64,000 nt of DNA from Oikopleura dioica. Lineage: Eukaryota; Animalia; Chordata. This document shows positions 11,821 through 22,402 of the stretch, piece by piece (position 1 is the first letter of the stretch; each line of letters starts with the position of its first letter). Under the pieces are notes generated by a model. It was not told the origin of the DNA. It made no database searches and worked only from the letters and a program-made list of their open reading frames with translations. The translations under genes and the position numbers were made by a program. The stretch lies in NCBI GenBank assembly GCA_907165135.1, contig OU015567.1, positions 248,001-312,000 of the forward strand, in the 5' to 3' direction.

Positions 11821-12551
11821 GATAAGTTTCGAAAAATGTTTTCAGGCCAAAAATCACTTTTTAACTGTTAGTGCCATCTTCACCGCCGTCTCAAACCGAG
11901 TCGAACGGTATATGTATCTCTTGAAAATTCTAGAGTTTCGGGTACTTCCGGTCAAATTTACGAAATTCTAGTATTCCACTGCCGTTTTTGATACAGAAAT
12001 GGTACTATGGCATATAGCATGTCAAAATGACCGCTAGGACGTGAGGAGTGCAGGGGTCTCAAAAATAAGTACTTTAACAAAGAAAAGTACCTAAAAATAA
12101 TTATTTTGTGATTTTTAGCACTAAAAATATCAAATTTCAAGAAATTTTCGATTTAAATATAGTTTTCTTTGTAGATTAGTATTAATAAGAGATAAAAATT
12201 TATTATACATCTGCTTTCTGCCCGAAAAATTAATAATTAATATTTTTAGTGCTAAAAAATGACAAAATAATTATTTTTAGGTACTTTTCTTTGTTAAAGT
12301 ACTTATTTTTTGAGACCCCTGCACTCCTCACGTTCTAGCGGTCATTTTGACATGCTATATGCCATAGTACCATTTCTGTATCAAAAACGGCAGTGGAATA
12401 CTAGAATTTCGTAAATTTGACCGGAAGTACCCGTAACTCTAGAATTTTCAAGAGATACATATACCGTTCGACTCGGTTTGAGACGGCGGTGAAGATGGCA
12501 CTAACAGTTAAAAAGTGATTTTTGGCCTGAAAACATTTTTCGAAACTTATC
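11821..12551. mobile_element. Foldback element with near-perfect arms of about 310 bp
   Basis: 11821 to about 12130 is the reverse complement of about 12241-12551 with few mismatches; AT-rich spacer of about 110 bp; TTTA on both sides (11817-20, 12552-55). Confidence 0.85.
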
Positions 12552-13054
12552 TTTATTCATTGCTTCTTTAAAAATGCCGCTGATTTTTCTAAGTTTCAGA
12601 AAGGTTCATTTCGGTTATTTTTGTTGCTACAAATTATGAGCATTATGTAAAATTTTCAATTGGGTTTCTGCCCTACTAACAAAAGGCTATTTGAAATAGC
12701 TATTTCAATAGCAATTCATGGTCAGCTTAAGATCATATGAAAAAATCCGTACAAGGAGACGGCTCATCGGGTAGTCGATAATTGATGAATTTTTCCGGCC
12801 TTTTTCTAGTTCTTCGTCTTTTCTGAGTCGGTTCAAAGCCAGAATCGACGATTATTTGCTCAGCTGCGGAAAACTATAAAGTGAAAGATCTTTCACACTG
12901 AGAGTCTCTTTAATTAATAGCAATTAAAATAATCTGTAGTTTTTGAGTTTTGACCAAATGATTCGTTGATTTTATTTACAAATTCAATATTACTCAGTGA
13001 TTTTTGTAAAAATTTTTTGAAGACACAGTTCGAAAAACAATTTTGTACAAAATT

Positions 13055-15095
13055 TTATTGATAAGAACGTTGATCATGGTTCGCGGTGCAAACATTCGAC
13101 GGCGATATGAACAGAAACGGGTAGTAATAATATTTCTCATGTTCTCCAACAACCTCGATTGCGACAATATTGTCTCCGTCTTTAACATCAGTTGACCACT
13201 TTTTCCTTCAAATTATCGAAAGCTTTCCGAAAGAAGTTTCTTCGAAAATTGGTCAACCTTACCTAGATTTAAGCGTTGGATCATTCGAATTGATTCGTTG
13301 CTATCTCCAGGGAATAAATATAGAGCGGTGCCGACTTGAACTGTCGATCCAACGGCACAAGGCTTAAAAATATAGATTTTTAAGATAATTAAGGGGAGGT
13401 CGACGAGAATCGGGATTTCTGTGACCAAAAATGCGGAAAAACCTGCTTAGATAGGCAAATTCTGACTATTTACGTGGAAAGAAAAGGGTCTCAAAAATAC
13501 AGCGGCGAAAACGAGAAAAAAAATTTTTTCCAAAAAATTTTGTAAAATTTAGGTCAAAGTGGGGGTGTCTCGTGACCAAAAAATCTCAAAAACGGGATTT
13601 TTTTTTCTTCATCAAATACTTTTAAAAGTAAGTTTAAACCCTTAAAAATAAAGCGGCGACAATGAAAAAAGGGATGCTTATCGCGAAAATTTTTTTACTG
13701 TTGATTAAAAATATCCGATTTTCCTAAAAATCGTCATTTGTGCTCATTTTTCATAGGGAATTTTACCAAAATCGCGGAGACTCAGAATTTTTTACTGATA
13801 ATGATTAGAAAATCATTAAAAAACAATATCTAGCACATAAAAATTTCATAAGGATCATTTTTGGGTAATATAACCAACTTTTTAATTTCGTAAAATCTCG
13901 GAATCCAGACACAAAATCGAAAATTTTGTTAAAAAAAGTTAATAAATCCGCGAAAAGCTGGAGACCAAAAATGCTCCTTTTTTAATAAGGAATCCAAAAA
14001 TATAACCAAAATTTTGAAAAAACGAAAAATTTTTTCTCGTCGACCCCCTCCTTAATTTTATCGAATTTTCAAAATCCCCCCAAATAAACTTACTTGAAGC
14101 AAAGTTCCTATTTTTGTCCATTCAAATTTTTTCAAAACGAAAATCTCCTTGAGAACTACTGAATTCTCCGCATCAAAACCTCCCAACGTAGCAATTGATC
14201 CCGACGGCAATCCAGCAATAGAGAATGTCCGTATCTCTCTTAAATCATGCTGAATAAAAAAGTTGCAAAATAAAATAACATTGGATGACGATGCAGTTTT
14301 TCCCAGCCATTTTCAGTCAGGGTTTCCGTGTATCCTTTGTTCGAAGTAGGAAAATTTTCACCGCCGACTGCTGTTGGCTGTCCTTTAAAATGAGCAAGTC
14401 CACCGTCCCAGTGCCCTTCTCTTGGTTCGAATGCGAGTTCTTCAACAGCGGTGCCGTTAAAAATATCGCACTTTTTGTCGTTCGGATCATCAAAACAAAC
14501 AAGAGCTGAAAAATATAAAAATTATAAGACATTCTTGCAACGAACCTTCAGTTCCGTTTGAAATTGTGAGCACTGCGCTTCCACCATAATATCTATTCTG
14601 AAGCCAAATGGGGAGAAGCTTCAATTCGCAATCGACAAGAATAATTATCTAAAAATAGTAAATAAGGAGTTTTAAAGAGCAGTCTACTAGTTTTTTATTC
14701 TGACGGCCACCGAAAAAATGCAACTGGCCTTTCACAAGAGCAGCTTTAGATTCGTAGATTTTATCCTGAAGAACCGTTGGAACAATAATGCCTGTATTTT
14801 CGTTTTTAACGCCGTCTCCAAACAGAGCATAATGATGTGGTAATTCAGTTGGGTCAGATAAAATAACAAGAATCTGACTCGGTGGATTTTGATAGAAAAA
14901 AACATTTTTGATTTCGGTTTCGTCGTCGAATTTGAAAACTCTGATTTTCTTTTCTTCCATGGTTTGAAGCTCGTTCATTTGCCTTGTTGCTATTTCCTCG
15001 CCCTTTTTCCTCACAGAAAGGGAAGATAGTGAGTCGTCTTCGACTCTGAAGACGAATTCAAGAGATGTCCAATTCGTGCTTAACGGATCGTTCAA
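13055..15095 (-). CDS. Kelch/galactose-oxidase-like propeller protein (spliced)
   Basis: Exons: ALVKGQLHFFGG; ALVCFDDPNNKKCDIFNG..FKGQPTAVGG..TETLTENGW; IATLGGF..IFVLKKFEWTKIGTL; STVQVGTALYLFPG; IEVVGEH..PFLF. Same family as 50760-52907. Confidence 0.75.
13393..14051. mobile_element. TTAA-targeting non-autonomous element with GG...CC ends (Kolobok-like), intronic
   Basis: TTAA|GGGGAGGTCGACGAGAA ... TTCTCGTCGACCCCCTCC|TTAA. Confidence 0.7.
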
Positions 15096-15568
15096 AGCGA
15101 TCGATTTCTCGAAAAAGTCGGAAGAAATCGCAATCGAGCTGTTTTCGTAAGTTTTAATTGCGAAGATAGATTTTTCATTATAAGATCGAAACTCCAGACT
15201 TTTCGCAGCTTTTGTGAGAAAAGATTTGCTCTTCTGAGATAATAGGGCACAAATAAAGTACCCTGGTACCGGTCTCCTGACGCTAGTCGAATTCCTGCTC
15301 GGGTTTTTATACTTGGGTCTATGCGTGTACGACTAAATAGACAATACACTGCGACTACAAGATTCAAGACTCAAAACAGCTCTACTAAGGCGTAGACCTG
15401 AGTTCGCAAGTACCCGTGAGAGTACTTGTTACCACTGATTGCTCAGCGGCCGTTGTGGTTGCTGCTGCTGGTGTTGTTGCTGCTGCTGTTGTTGCTTCTG
15501 CTGTTGTTTTGCTGGTTTCTTCTGCTGGATAAAAAGACAAGTGTTTTTTGTTTGGTTCGTTAGAATAA

Positions 15569-15847
15569 TTTATTGAGGCGAAAGTCGCCCTTATATACTC
15601 AGAAAGGGATAATAAGAATGTTCGAGAACTTTCGTGGAACAGTAATAGAATAATCCTGTAGCTTCTTAGAACAGTAATAGAACAATCATGTAGCTTCTTA
15701 GAACAGTAATAGAACAATCAAGTATCTTCTCCAATATGATGTTATAATTCGTCAGCGTGAGTCATTGTCGCTAGAAGGTTCCAGGAGTATCTTCGGATGA
15801 TGTCATTCAAGCGTCAGAAGTGAGTCATGGACTCATACATTGAGTCA
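15569..15847 (-). promoter_or_regulatory. LTR core promoter: three TGAGTCA (AP-1) sites, a short tandem repeat of about 31 bp, TATATAA and AATAAA
   Basis: TGAGTCA at 15758, 15821 and 15841; TATATAA (minus) at 15591-97; AATAAA (minus) at 15569-74. The order fits U3-R-U5. Confidence 0.6.
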
Positions 15848-15883
15848 ATACATTGTAATGCGTGAACATATGTATTTGTGCTC

Positions 15884-16030
15884 ACCATAGGTGGCGCTAG
15901 TGTGTCACCACTAGAGGTCACTAGAGAGCCATTCCTGAGTGTCCACTAGGTGGCGCTAGAGAGCTGACACTAGGTGGGGCGCGAGAGCCAACACTAGATG
16001 GGGCGCGAGAGCACACGCTAGGTGGCGCTG
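15884..16030. promoter_or_regulatory. CTCF-like motif cluster in LTR (copy at about 20725-20871)
   Basis: CCACTAGGTGGCGC (exact fit to CCASYAGRKGGCRS) plus CCATAGGTGGCGC, CCACTAGAGGTCAC, ACACTAGGTGGGGC, ACACTAGATGGGGC and ACGCTAGGTGGCGC. Confidence 0.6.
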
Positions 16031-16107
16031 TTACAAGTGAGCATTAGCTCAGCTATTCTCTTACAAGGTATATGAGTCGATGCGCACTTATAGTAATGAT
16101 CTTGAGG

Positions 16108-16190
16108 TGAACCGGAAGTGAACCGGAAGTGACCGGAAGTGAACGGAAGTGACCGGAAGTGAACCGGAAGTGACCGGAAGTAACCAGAAA
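16108..16190. promoter_or_regulatory. ETS-motif tandem array in LTR U3 (copy at 20949-21031)
   Basis: Seven CGGAAGT cores (six CCGGAAGT) at 10-11 bp period. Confidence 0.7.
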
Positions 16191-16337
16191 TGATCACATG
16201 CGTTTGCTAAGGGCAAGAGCGACTCTTGCCTAACATCTTCACTCAATTAGCGCCCTCCGGCGACCAAGCATAGGGAAAATCATATAAGCTGAGCTTTCTG
16301 CACTCAAACACTATTGTAAGGGATATTCTCCCTTACA

Positions 16338-16930
16338 TGAGAGTCGAGAATATTTTTCGATTAGAAATTTTTTATCAGCGTTAAAATTGAGACTCTTTCC
16401 TTTATGTCAAAAGTGAGTTTTCGCGTTTCGTTAAAATCCAGCTCGAAAGAAGAAATATGGAATAGTGACTCATTGAAAGACGAAAAAGGAAATCGGGCAG
16501 AATCGCCATTGGATAGGGTGGAGACAAACTACTTGCTTTTCGGGCTTCGTTTAGCGCTGTTAGTAACGACTACAAACAGATTATGCTCGGTTGCTCAAGA
16601 GCCTCGCCTGATTGCGGAAAAGCGGTTTGATTTTCGACAGCGTTTTTTGCGAAGTACGGAAAGACATCTTTGTGGAATTCGAAATACGGGTTGCTAGTCA
16701 CTAGCATTTTGTTTTCAGCACTTTGTTGTCGGAAATTGAGCTCAATGCCGCATTGACAATGCGGTCTTTTAGAGGATCAACTTATATCTAGTCAAGTAAA
16801 ACAATGGTGAAGATCCTCTCCGAAGTCGAAATAAATTTCAAAAGTAGTGTCGAAAACAATATTCTGGAGATAAATACGATCGTTGTTTATGAAGCCATTG
16901 ATGAAATACTCACACTCGTCGTTGTTGGTT
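16338..16930. repeat. Internal copy of the host flank 21179-21774 (includes the TSD and the 3' end of the neighbouring gene)
   Basis: Apparently identical to 21179-21774 apart from three homopolymer-length differences; identity stops after GTTGTTGGTT. Confidence 0.9.
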
Positions 16931-18484
16931 AGTTTTCAGCAGTACTATTGAGTCTTTTTTTTTGTCTGGTCAGAACTCGACTATCTTTTTTCTTAGTCAT
17001 TTCTTATATTTATCTTCATCTTCCTCATTTTCTTTCTTTTCGATTTTTTTTGCCTTTTTTCTTTCTTCTTCATTTACAATCTTCTTCTCTTGTTTAATTC
17101 TTTCATCTTTTGAATTCTTTTCTTCTTTCTTCTAACTCCATACTTTTCATAAGTTTTATTTTCTTTTTATTGCTCACTCCATACATTTCTTTCAAATTTC
17201 TTCTTCTTTCTTCTTATTCAATTTATTTTTTGTTTTTCTTCTTTTTTTCTCAATTATCTTCTCTCTTCTTATTACGATCCTGTCTTTCTTCTTACTCTGA
17301 TTTTTTTTTCTTGATACTCTTTTCGTCTCTTTTATCTTCTTCTTTTTTTCAATTTATCTTTTCCATAAATCTTGCTTCTTTTCCTCAGCCAAAAATCCAG
17401 ATTTGGTGCACCGTTGGATAGATGACCGATTTCATAGCGTTGTCTCAGTCTGATTCTTCATCTCAAACTCATCGCGGTGGAAATGCGATTTTTATTGTAA
17501 GGGAGAAACTTTCGGCTCAAGCATGGCCAGTGCGTGAGGGTCGAATTCTCCCTTGTTGAGCTTGCTTCTCAAAATGAGACATAGATTTTACAATTGCTAT
17601 ATAAGAAGCTCGCATGCGATATAAAATCACTTTTCATGTATCTTTATCTGTCATGTCTTTAGCTCTTCTCTTACATTGTATCTTATTCAATCTTCTTATT
17701 AATTTCAATTATTGTTTATGTCTTCCATAAAGTCTTGCAAGTTATCGATCGATATTTTCTATTTTTTGTTTTCTTAAATTCAACATTCATTTTCATTTTT
17801 CTTCTTCTCTGTTTCAAATGCTTATCTCTCATTCATTGTCTTATTTTTAATTAAATTCTCTTTTTATTCAACTTTTTAACCAAAATTTAAATATCATTTT
17901 GTTCAACCACTTTTTTAATATAAAAGATAATTCCTTTATGTGTTTTTCGATGCTTCTGAGCGTCGCAGAAATTTCTTCTCTTGTGTAAATTCGTCCTCGC
18001 TTCCAAGATTCAAGTTCGTTTGAAGAACTTAGTTAACAACTAACAATGACATTTCCTTTTTTCATCTTTAGAAAGTCGATCTATCAATCAAATGATTACC
18101 GACCGGCATTTGTGGTCGTGGTCATCAAACCACATACAGTTTTTCTGAAAGACAAAAGTCGTTTTATTCTTATCTCTCAGTTCGCTTGATTTGTGGACAA
18201 ACAAAGTTTTTATTTTTATCTTATTAAATTCGTCCTCACAGGCGAAATTCAAAAAGGAAACCATATGATTATTTTATCCTTAACATTTGTTCTGCGTTTA
18301 ATAACCGAGCATGAAAATTTGCAAAAATAGTTTTGCAATCCTGTCTATTGATTCAATTCAACATTGCGCCATATCCAATATACAAATTTATTATCTATAG
18401 GGCACACAAAATAATTGAGACAGGCATAGAAATACATTTTTAAACAGTAAGGTTTAAAAATTCTTCGTAAAAGGGGATTCCAAT

Positions 18485-19713
18485 TTATTCATTCTCTCTT
18501 GGGCATTGTGCTCGTTTGTGACCTCGTCGTCCACAAGACCAACAAGTTATTCCTGATTCGTAACCATCCTTGTTGTCTTCGTCACTTTCCGATTGCTGTC
18601 GTTCACGAGTTCGATATGGACACTGGTAAAGTTTGTGGCCTGCTTCACCACAATTGTAGCACAGGCCAATGTCGGCCTTTCTTGCTCGCTCTTTCAATTT
18701 TCGACAATCTTTCTGGAGATGACCGTATTTACCGCAATAGTTGCAGTCGGTTGTATCACAGTAATTTGCCTTATGGCCTTTTTTGTTACATCTGTAACAA
18801 ATAGCGTTTGATTTTTCAAGCTCCCACGCAAATCGGTTCTTGAGTTTTTGGCAGTCAATTGTTCGATGACCGTTCATTTCGCAATAAATACATTCGTAGT
18901 CTTCTTCTTCTCCTTCTTCTTCATTCTCTTTCGTTCGATCCGTGTTTACATTTGAGAGTTCATTCTTATCATCCTTTTCGTCTTCGTCTTCGTAATCTCC
19001 TCGTCATCATATTCGTCTTGACTGGAATAGGTACTGTGATAATCTTCGGGTATATCGGACTCATTAGATGAAATTTCATCGGAAGATTGATCAGTCTCAT
19101 CTCCCAAAGCATTAACTTCCTTTTCTCGCTCGCCTTGCTTTTCGTAAAGCTCAGCGCATTTATCAACAATATCCATATTGTCTGATTTTTCCTTCCTGTA
19201 TTCCAAAAGGAATTCGGAATTCTGGATCTTTTTCGGAAGTTTCTTAAGAAATTCTTTCATGGTGATCTTTTCAACCATGCTATCGCACTCATCACCGATG
19301 GTCTGTTTGACAAGTTGATTCACTCGATAGTAGAAATTTCTAAGATTCAAATGCTCTTCTGGGTCATATTTAAGTTTATCAAGCAAATTCTCGTAAACGA
19401 AAGGATTCTTTCGACATGCTCGATTGAATATGACCAAAAAGTCCTTGATTGAAATTTTTGCTTTGTCTAATTGTGCAAGTTCGAGAATAACTGTTTCTTG
19501 GATCGGGTCCGGTAATTGACTACACATCTGACCAATCTTTGCAGATTCGTCAGTCAGACCGTTCAATCCGAGAAGAAAGTCGCATTTGTTTACCCATGCT
19601 TCACAGTTATCATTCTCCTTAAATTTTGGTAATTTTAACTTGCTTGACATAAGCGAATTAATTTCCGAATTTTCAGAGTAGCCAATATCACCGTTGAAAT
19701 CAGACTGACTCAT
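18485..19713 (-). pseudogene. Gag-like protein with five CX2CX4HX4C knuckles and a 1-nt frameshift near 19000
   Basis: The N-terminal ORF 18946-19713 (LPKFKENDNCEAWVNKC..) switches frame in an acidic tract. Knuckles: CIYCEMNGHRTIDC, CYRCNKKGHKANYC, CNYCGKYGHLQKDC, CYNCGEAGHKLYQC, CWSCGRRGHKRAQC. Confidence 0.85.
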
Positions 19714-20061
19714 TGTAATTTCTTCTTCTCAAATTTATCTGATTAAAATGCTAAATGCTACTGCTTATGCAAATGCAAATGCGTTAACTAAACCCTATCC
19801 GGGTATTACTGGGGAATGTGGACGTTGCCACGGGAAATCGTCTATACGCTAGACTGCGTTCGGGTAGTTTTTCGTCTATACGCCGTAGACGGATCTTTTT
19901 ATTCCCCGCTAGGTATAAAATACCCTTAAGCCGAGAACCGAATCAAAAAGATTCTTACTGAGTCCGATATAGATCAGGGCAGACCTTGACGTAGCCACTC
20001 CAGGATGGCGACTACGCAAGTATCGTGTTAGCTACCGTGTCTGATCTATTCTCGTGGAATC

Positions 20062-20078
20062 GATAACTTCAGTCACCA
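20062..20078 (-). promoter_or_regulatory. Primer-binding site TGGTGACTGAAGTTATC
   Basis: TGG lies 1 nt after the 5' LTR. The first 7 nt equal the start of the vertebrate tRNA-Trp PBS; the primer tRNA is not established. Confidence 0.7.
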
Positions 20079-20079
20079 A

Positions 20080-21178
20080 TAATAGGGCACAAATAAAGTA
20101 CCCTGGTACCGGTCTCCTGACGCTAGTCGAATTCCTGCTCGGGTTTTTTATACTTGGGTCTATGCGTGTACGACTAAATAGACAATACACTGCGACTACA
20201 AGATTCAAGACTCAAAACAGCTCTACTAAGGCGTAGACCTGAGTTCGCAAGTACCCGTGAGAGTACTTGTTACCACTGATTGCTCAGCGGCCGTTGTGGT
20301 TGCTGCTGCTGGTGTTGTTGCTGCTGCTGTTGTTGCTTCTGCTGTTGTTTTGCTGGTTTCTTCTGCTGGATAAAAAGACAAGTGTTTTTTGTTTGGTTCG
20401 TTAGAATAATTTATTGAGGCGAAAGTCGCCCTTATATACTCAGAAAGGGATAATAAGAATGTTCGAGAACTTTCGTGGAACAGTAATAGAATAATCCTGT
20501 AGCTTCTTAGAACAGTAATAGAACAATCATGTAGCTTCTTAGAACAGTAATAGAACAATCAAGTATCTTCTCCAATATGATGTTATAATTCGTCAGCGTG
20601 AGTCATTGTCGCTAGAAGGTTCCAGGAGTATCTTCGGATGATGTCATTCAAGCGTCAGAAGTGAGTCATGGACTCATACATTGAGTCAATACATTGTAAT
20701 GCGTGAACATATGTATTTGTGCTCACCATAGGTGGCGCTAGTGTGTCACCACTAGAGGTCACTAGAGAGCCATTCCTGAGTGTCCACTAGGTGGCGCTAG
20801 AGAGCTGACACTAGGTGGGGCGCGAGAGCCAGCACTAGATGGGGCGCGAGAGCACACGCTAGGTGGCGCTGTTACAAGTGAGCATTAGCTCAGCTATTCT
20901 CTTACAAGGTATATGAGTCGATGCGCACTTATAGTAATGATCTTGAGGTGAACCGGAAGTGAACCGGAAGTGACCGGAAGTGAACGGAAGTGACCGGAAG
21001 TGAACCGGAAGTGACCGGAAGTAACCAGAAATGATCACATGCGTTTGCTAAGGGCAAGAGCGACTCTTGCCTAACATCTTCACTCAATTAGCGCCCTCCG
21101 GCGACCAAGCATAGGGAAAATCATATAAGCTGAGCTTTCTGCACTCAAACACTATTGTAAGGGATATTCTCCCTTACA
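20080..21178 (-). repeat. 5' LTR (1099 bp)
   Basis: Followed on the minus strand by one T and then the PBS. Confidence 0.9.
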
Positions 21179-21635
21179 TGAGAGTCGAGAATATTTTTCG
21201 ATTAGAAATTTTTTTATCAGCGTTAAAATTGAGACTCTTTCCTTTATGTCAAAAGTGAGTTTTCGCGTTTCGTTAAAATCCAGCTCGAAAGAAGAAATAT
21301 GGAATAGTGACTCATTGAAAGACGAAAAAGGGAAATCGGGCAGAATCGCCATTGGATAGGGTGGAGACAAACTACTTGCTTTTCGGGCTTCGTTTAGCGC
21401 TGTTAGTAACGACTACAAACAGATTATGCTCGGTTGCTCAAGAGCCTCGCCTGATTGCGGAAAAGCGGTTTGATTTTCGACAGCGTTTTTTGCGAAGTAC
21501 GGAAAGACATCTTTGTGGAATTCGAAATACGGGTTGCTAGTCACTAGCATTTTGTTTTCAGCACTTTGTTGTCGGAAATTGAGCTCAATGCCGCATTGAC
21601 AATGCGGTCTTTTTAGAGGATCAACTTATATCTAG

Positions 21636-22402
21636 TCAAGTAAAACAATGGTGAAGATCCTCTCCGAAGTCGAAATAAATTTCAAAAGTAGTGTCGAAAA
21701 CAATATTCTGGAGATAAATACGATCGTTGTTTATGAAGCCATTGATGAAATACTCACACTCGTCGTTGTTGGTTCCAAAGGCATTTGAATAGGCGTAATC
21801 TTTCGGAGCGTACAAACCAGAGAAACAAAGCGATTCTTGCTCGTACTTGACCAAGGAGCCGATCCATTCATTGCCAAGCGTCAGAAATTTTCCCTCTTTT
21901 TCGAGTAAAAGTGAGTATTGCGTGTTTGAGAGGGCAATGCTTCGAGTGACGAGGATCAGCATCAATTGACCAAGGTCGATCTCTTAGGATTCACAGAAAA
22001 AGCAGAAAGGGCAAGTGAAAAATATCTTCTGAATCCGTTCCAGAGGAATCACGTGCACTGGATCAAAGTCGCGAAACATAGCTGGAACCGTGATCTCGTC
22101 TTTTTTCCAGCCCTTTTCCAACTGCTCCGTTGCTCGGATCGAGTTAAGAGCGACTGTTTTCGAAATGGTGATCCAGTTTGTGCCGAGTCTCAAGCTCATC
22201 AAAATAAATTTACCGCCAAAGCTGATTGAAGATGTTCAAGCGTTGACGTGGTTGCTCGCGATGTAGCCTTAAATGTCAAGGAACAAGGAAAATTTAAGGG
22301 CTGATTCTCACCTTGGGCTTCCTCGAGTCTGTTAAGGTTATAATCCGGCGCGTAGTAGTAACACTTGTCTGGACGGTCGTTCGGGGAGCTTTTATTGGTC
22401 AA
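21636..22402 (-). CDS. Hypothetical spliced protein; its last 46 codons are duplicated inside the LTR element
   Basis: Same-frame ORFs 21984-22202 and 21636-21965 are separated by a pyrimidine-rich CCTAAG acceptor-like segment; no family recognised. Confidence 0.5.

Larger units (their letters stand above)
8231..12590 (-). pseudogene. Host gene interrupted by two DNA transposon insertions in consecutive exons
   Basis: Removing the foldback (11821-12551) and the hAT (8374-11635), each with one TSD copy, restores open frames (EAMNK-DEVKISS; RRTTR-YYDFSNF). These are joined by a phase-0, 46-nt GT-AG intron at 11714-11759; stop at 8231-8233. Confidence 0.55.
15240..16337 (-). repeat. 3' LTR (1098 bp)
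   Basis: Direct repeat of 20080-21178; differences noticed are one substitution (15991 A vs 20832 G) and one homopolymer indel. Confidence 0.9.
15240..21178 (-). mobile_element. Non-autonomous LTR retroelement (gag only, no pol detected)
   Basis: LTRs of about 1.1 kb with TGTAA...TATTA termini, a 5-bp TSD TGAGA (15235-39, 21179-83), a primer-binding site (PBS) beginning TGGTGAC, and a CCHC gag. Confidence 0.9.

Noticed and set aside
16404-16697. ORF repeated at about 21352-21540 as an element gene
   Set aside because: It lies in the duplicated host flank, its frame is changed by homopolymer indels between copies, and it has no motifs.
15240-16930. Whole 1.69-kb direct repeat as the LTR
   Set aside because: The TSD TGAGA and the TG terminus place the LTR edge at 16337/21178; the remainder overlaps a host ORF.
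17110-17421. Hydrophobic F/L/S-rich ORF as a membrane protein or env
   Set aside because: It is a compositional shadow of the purine-rich opposite strand, with no env-like features.
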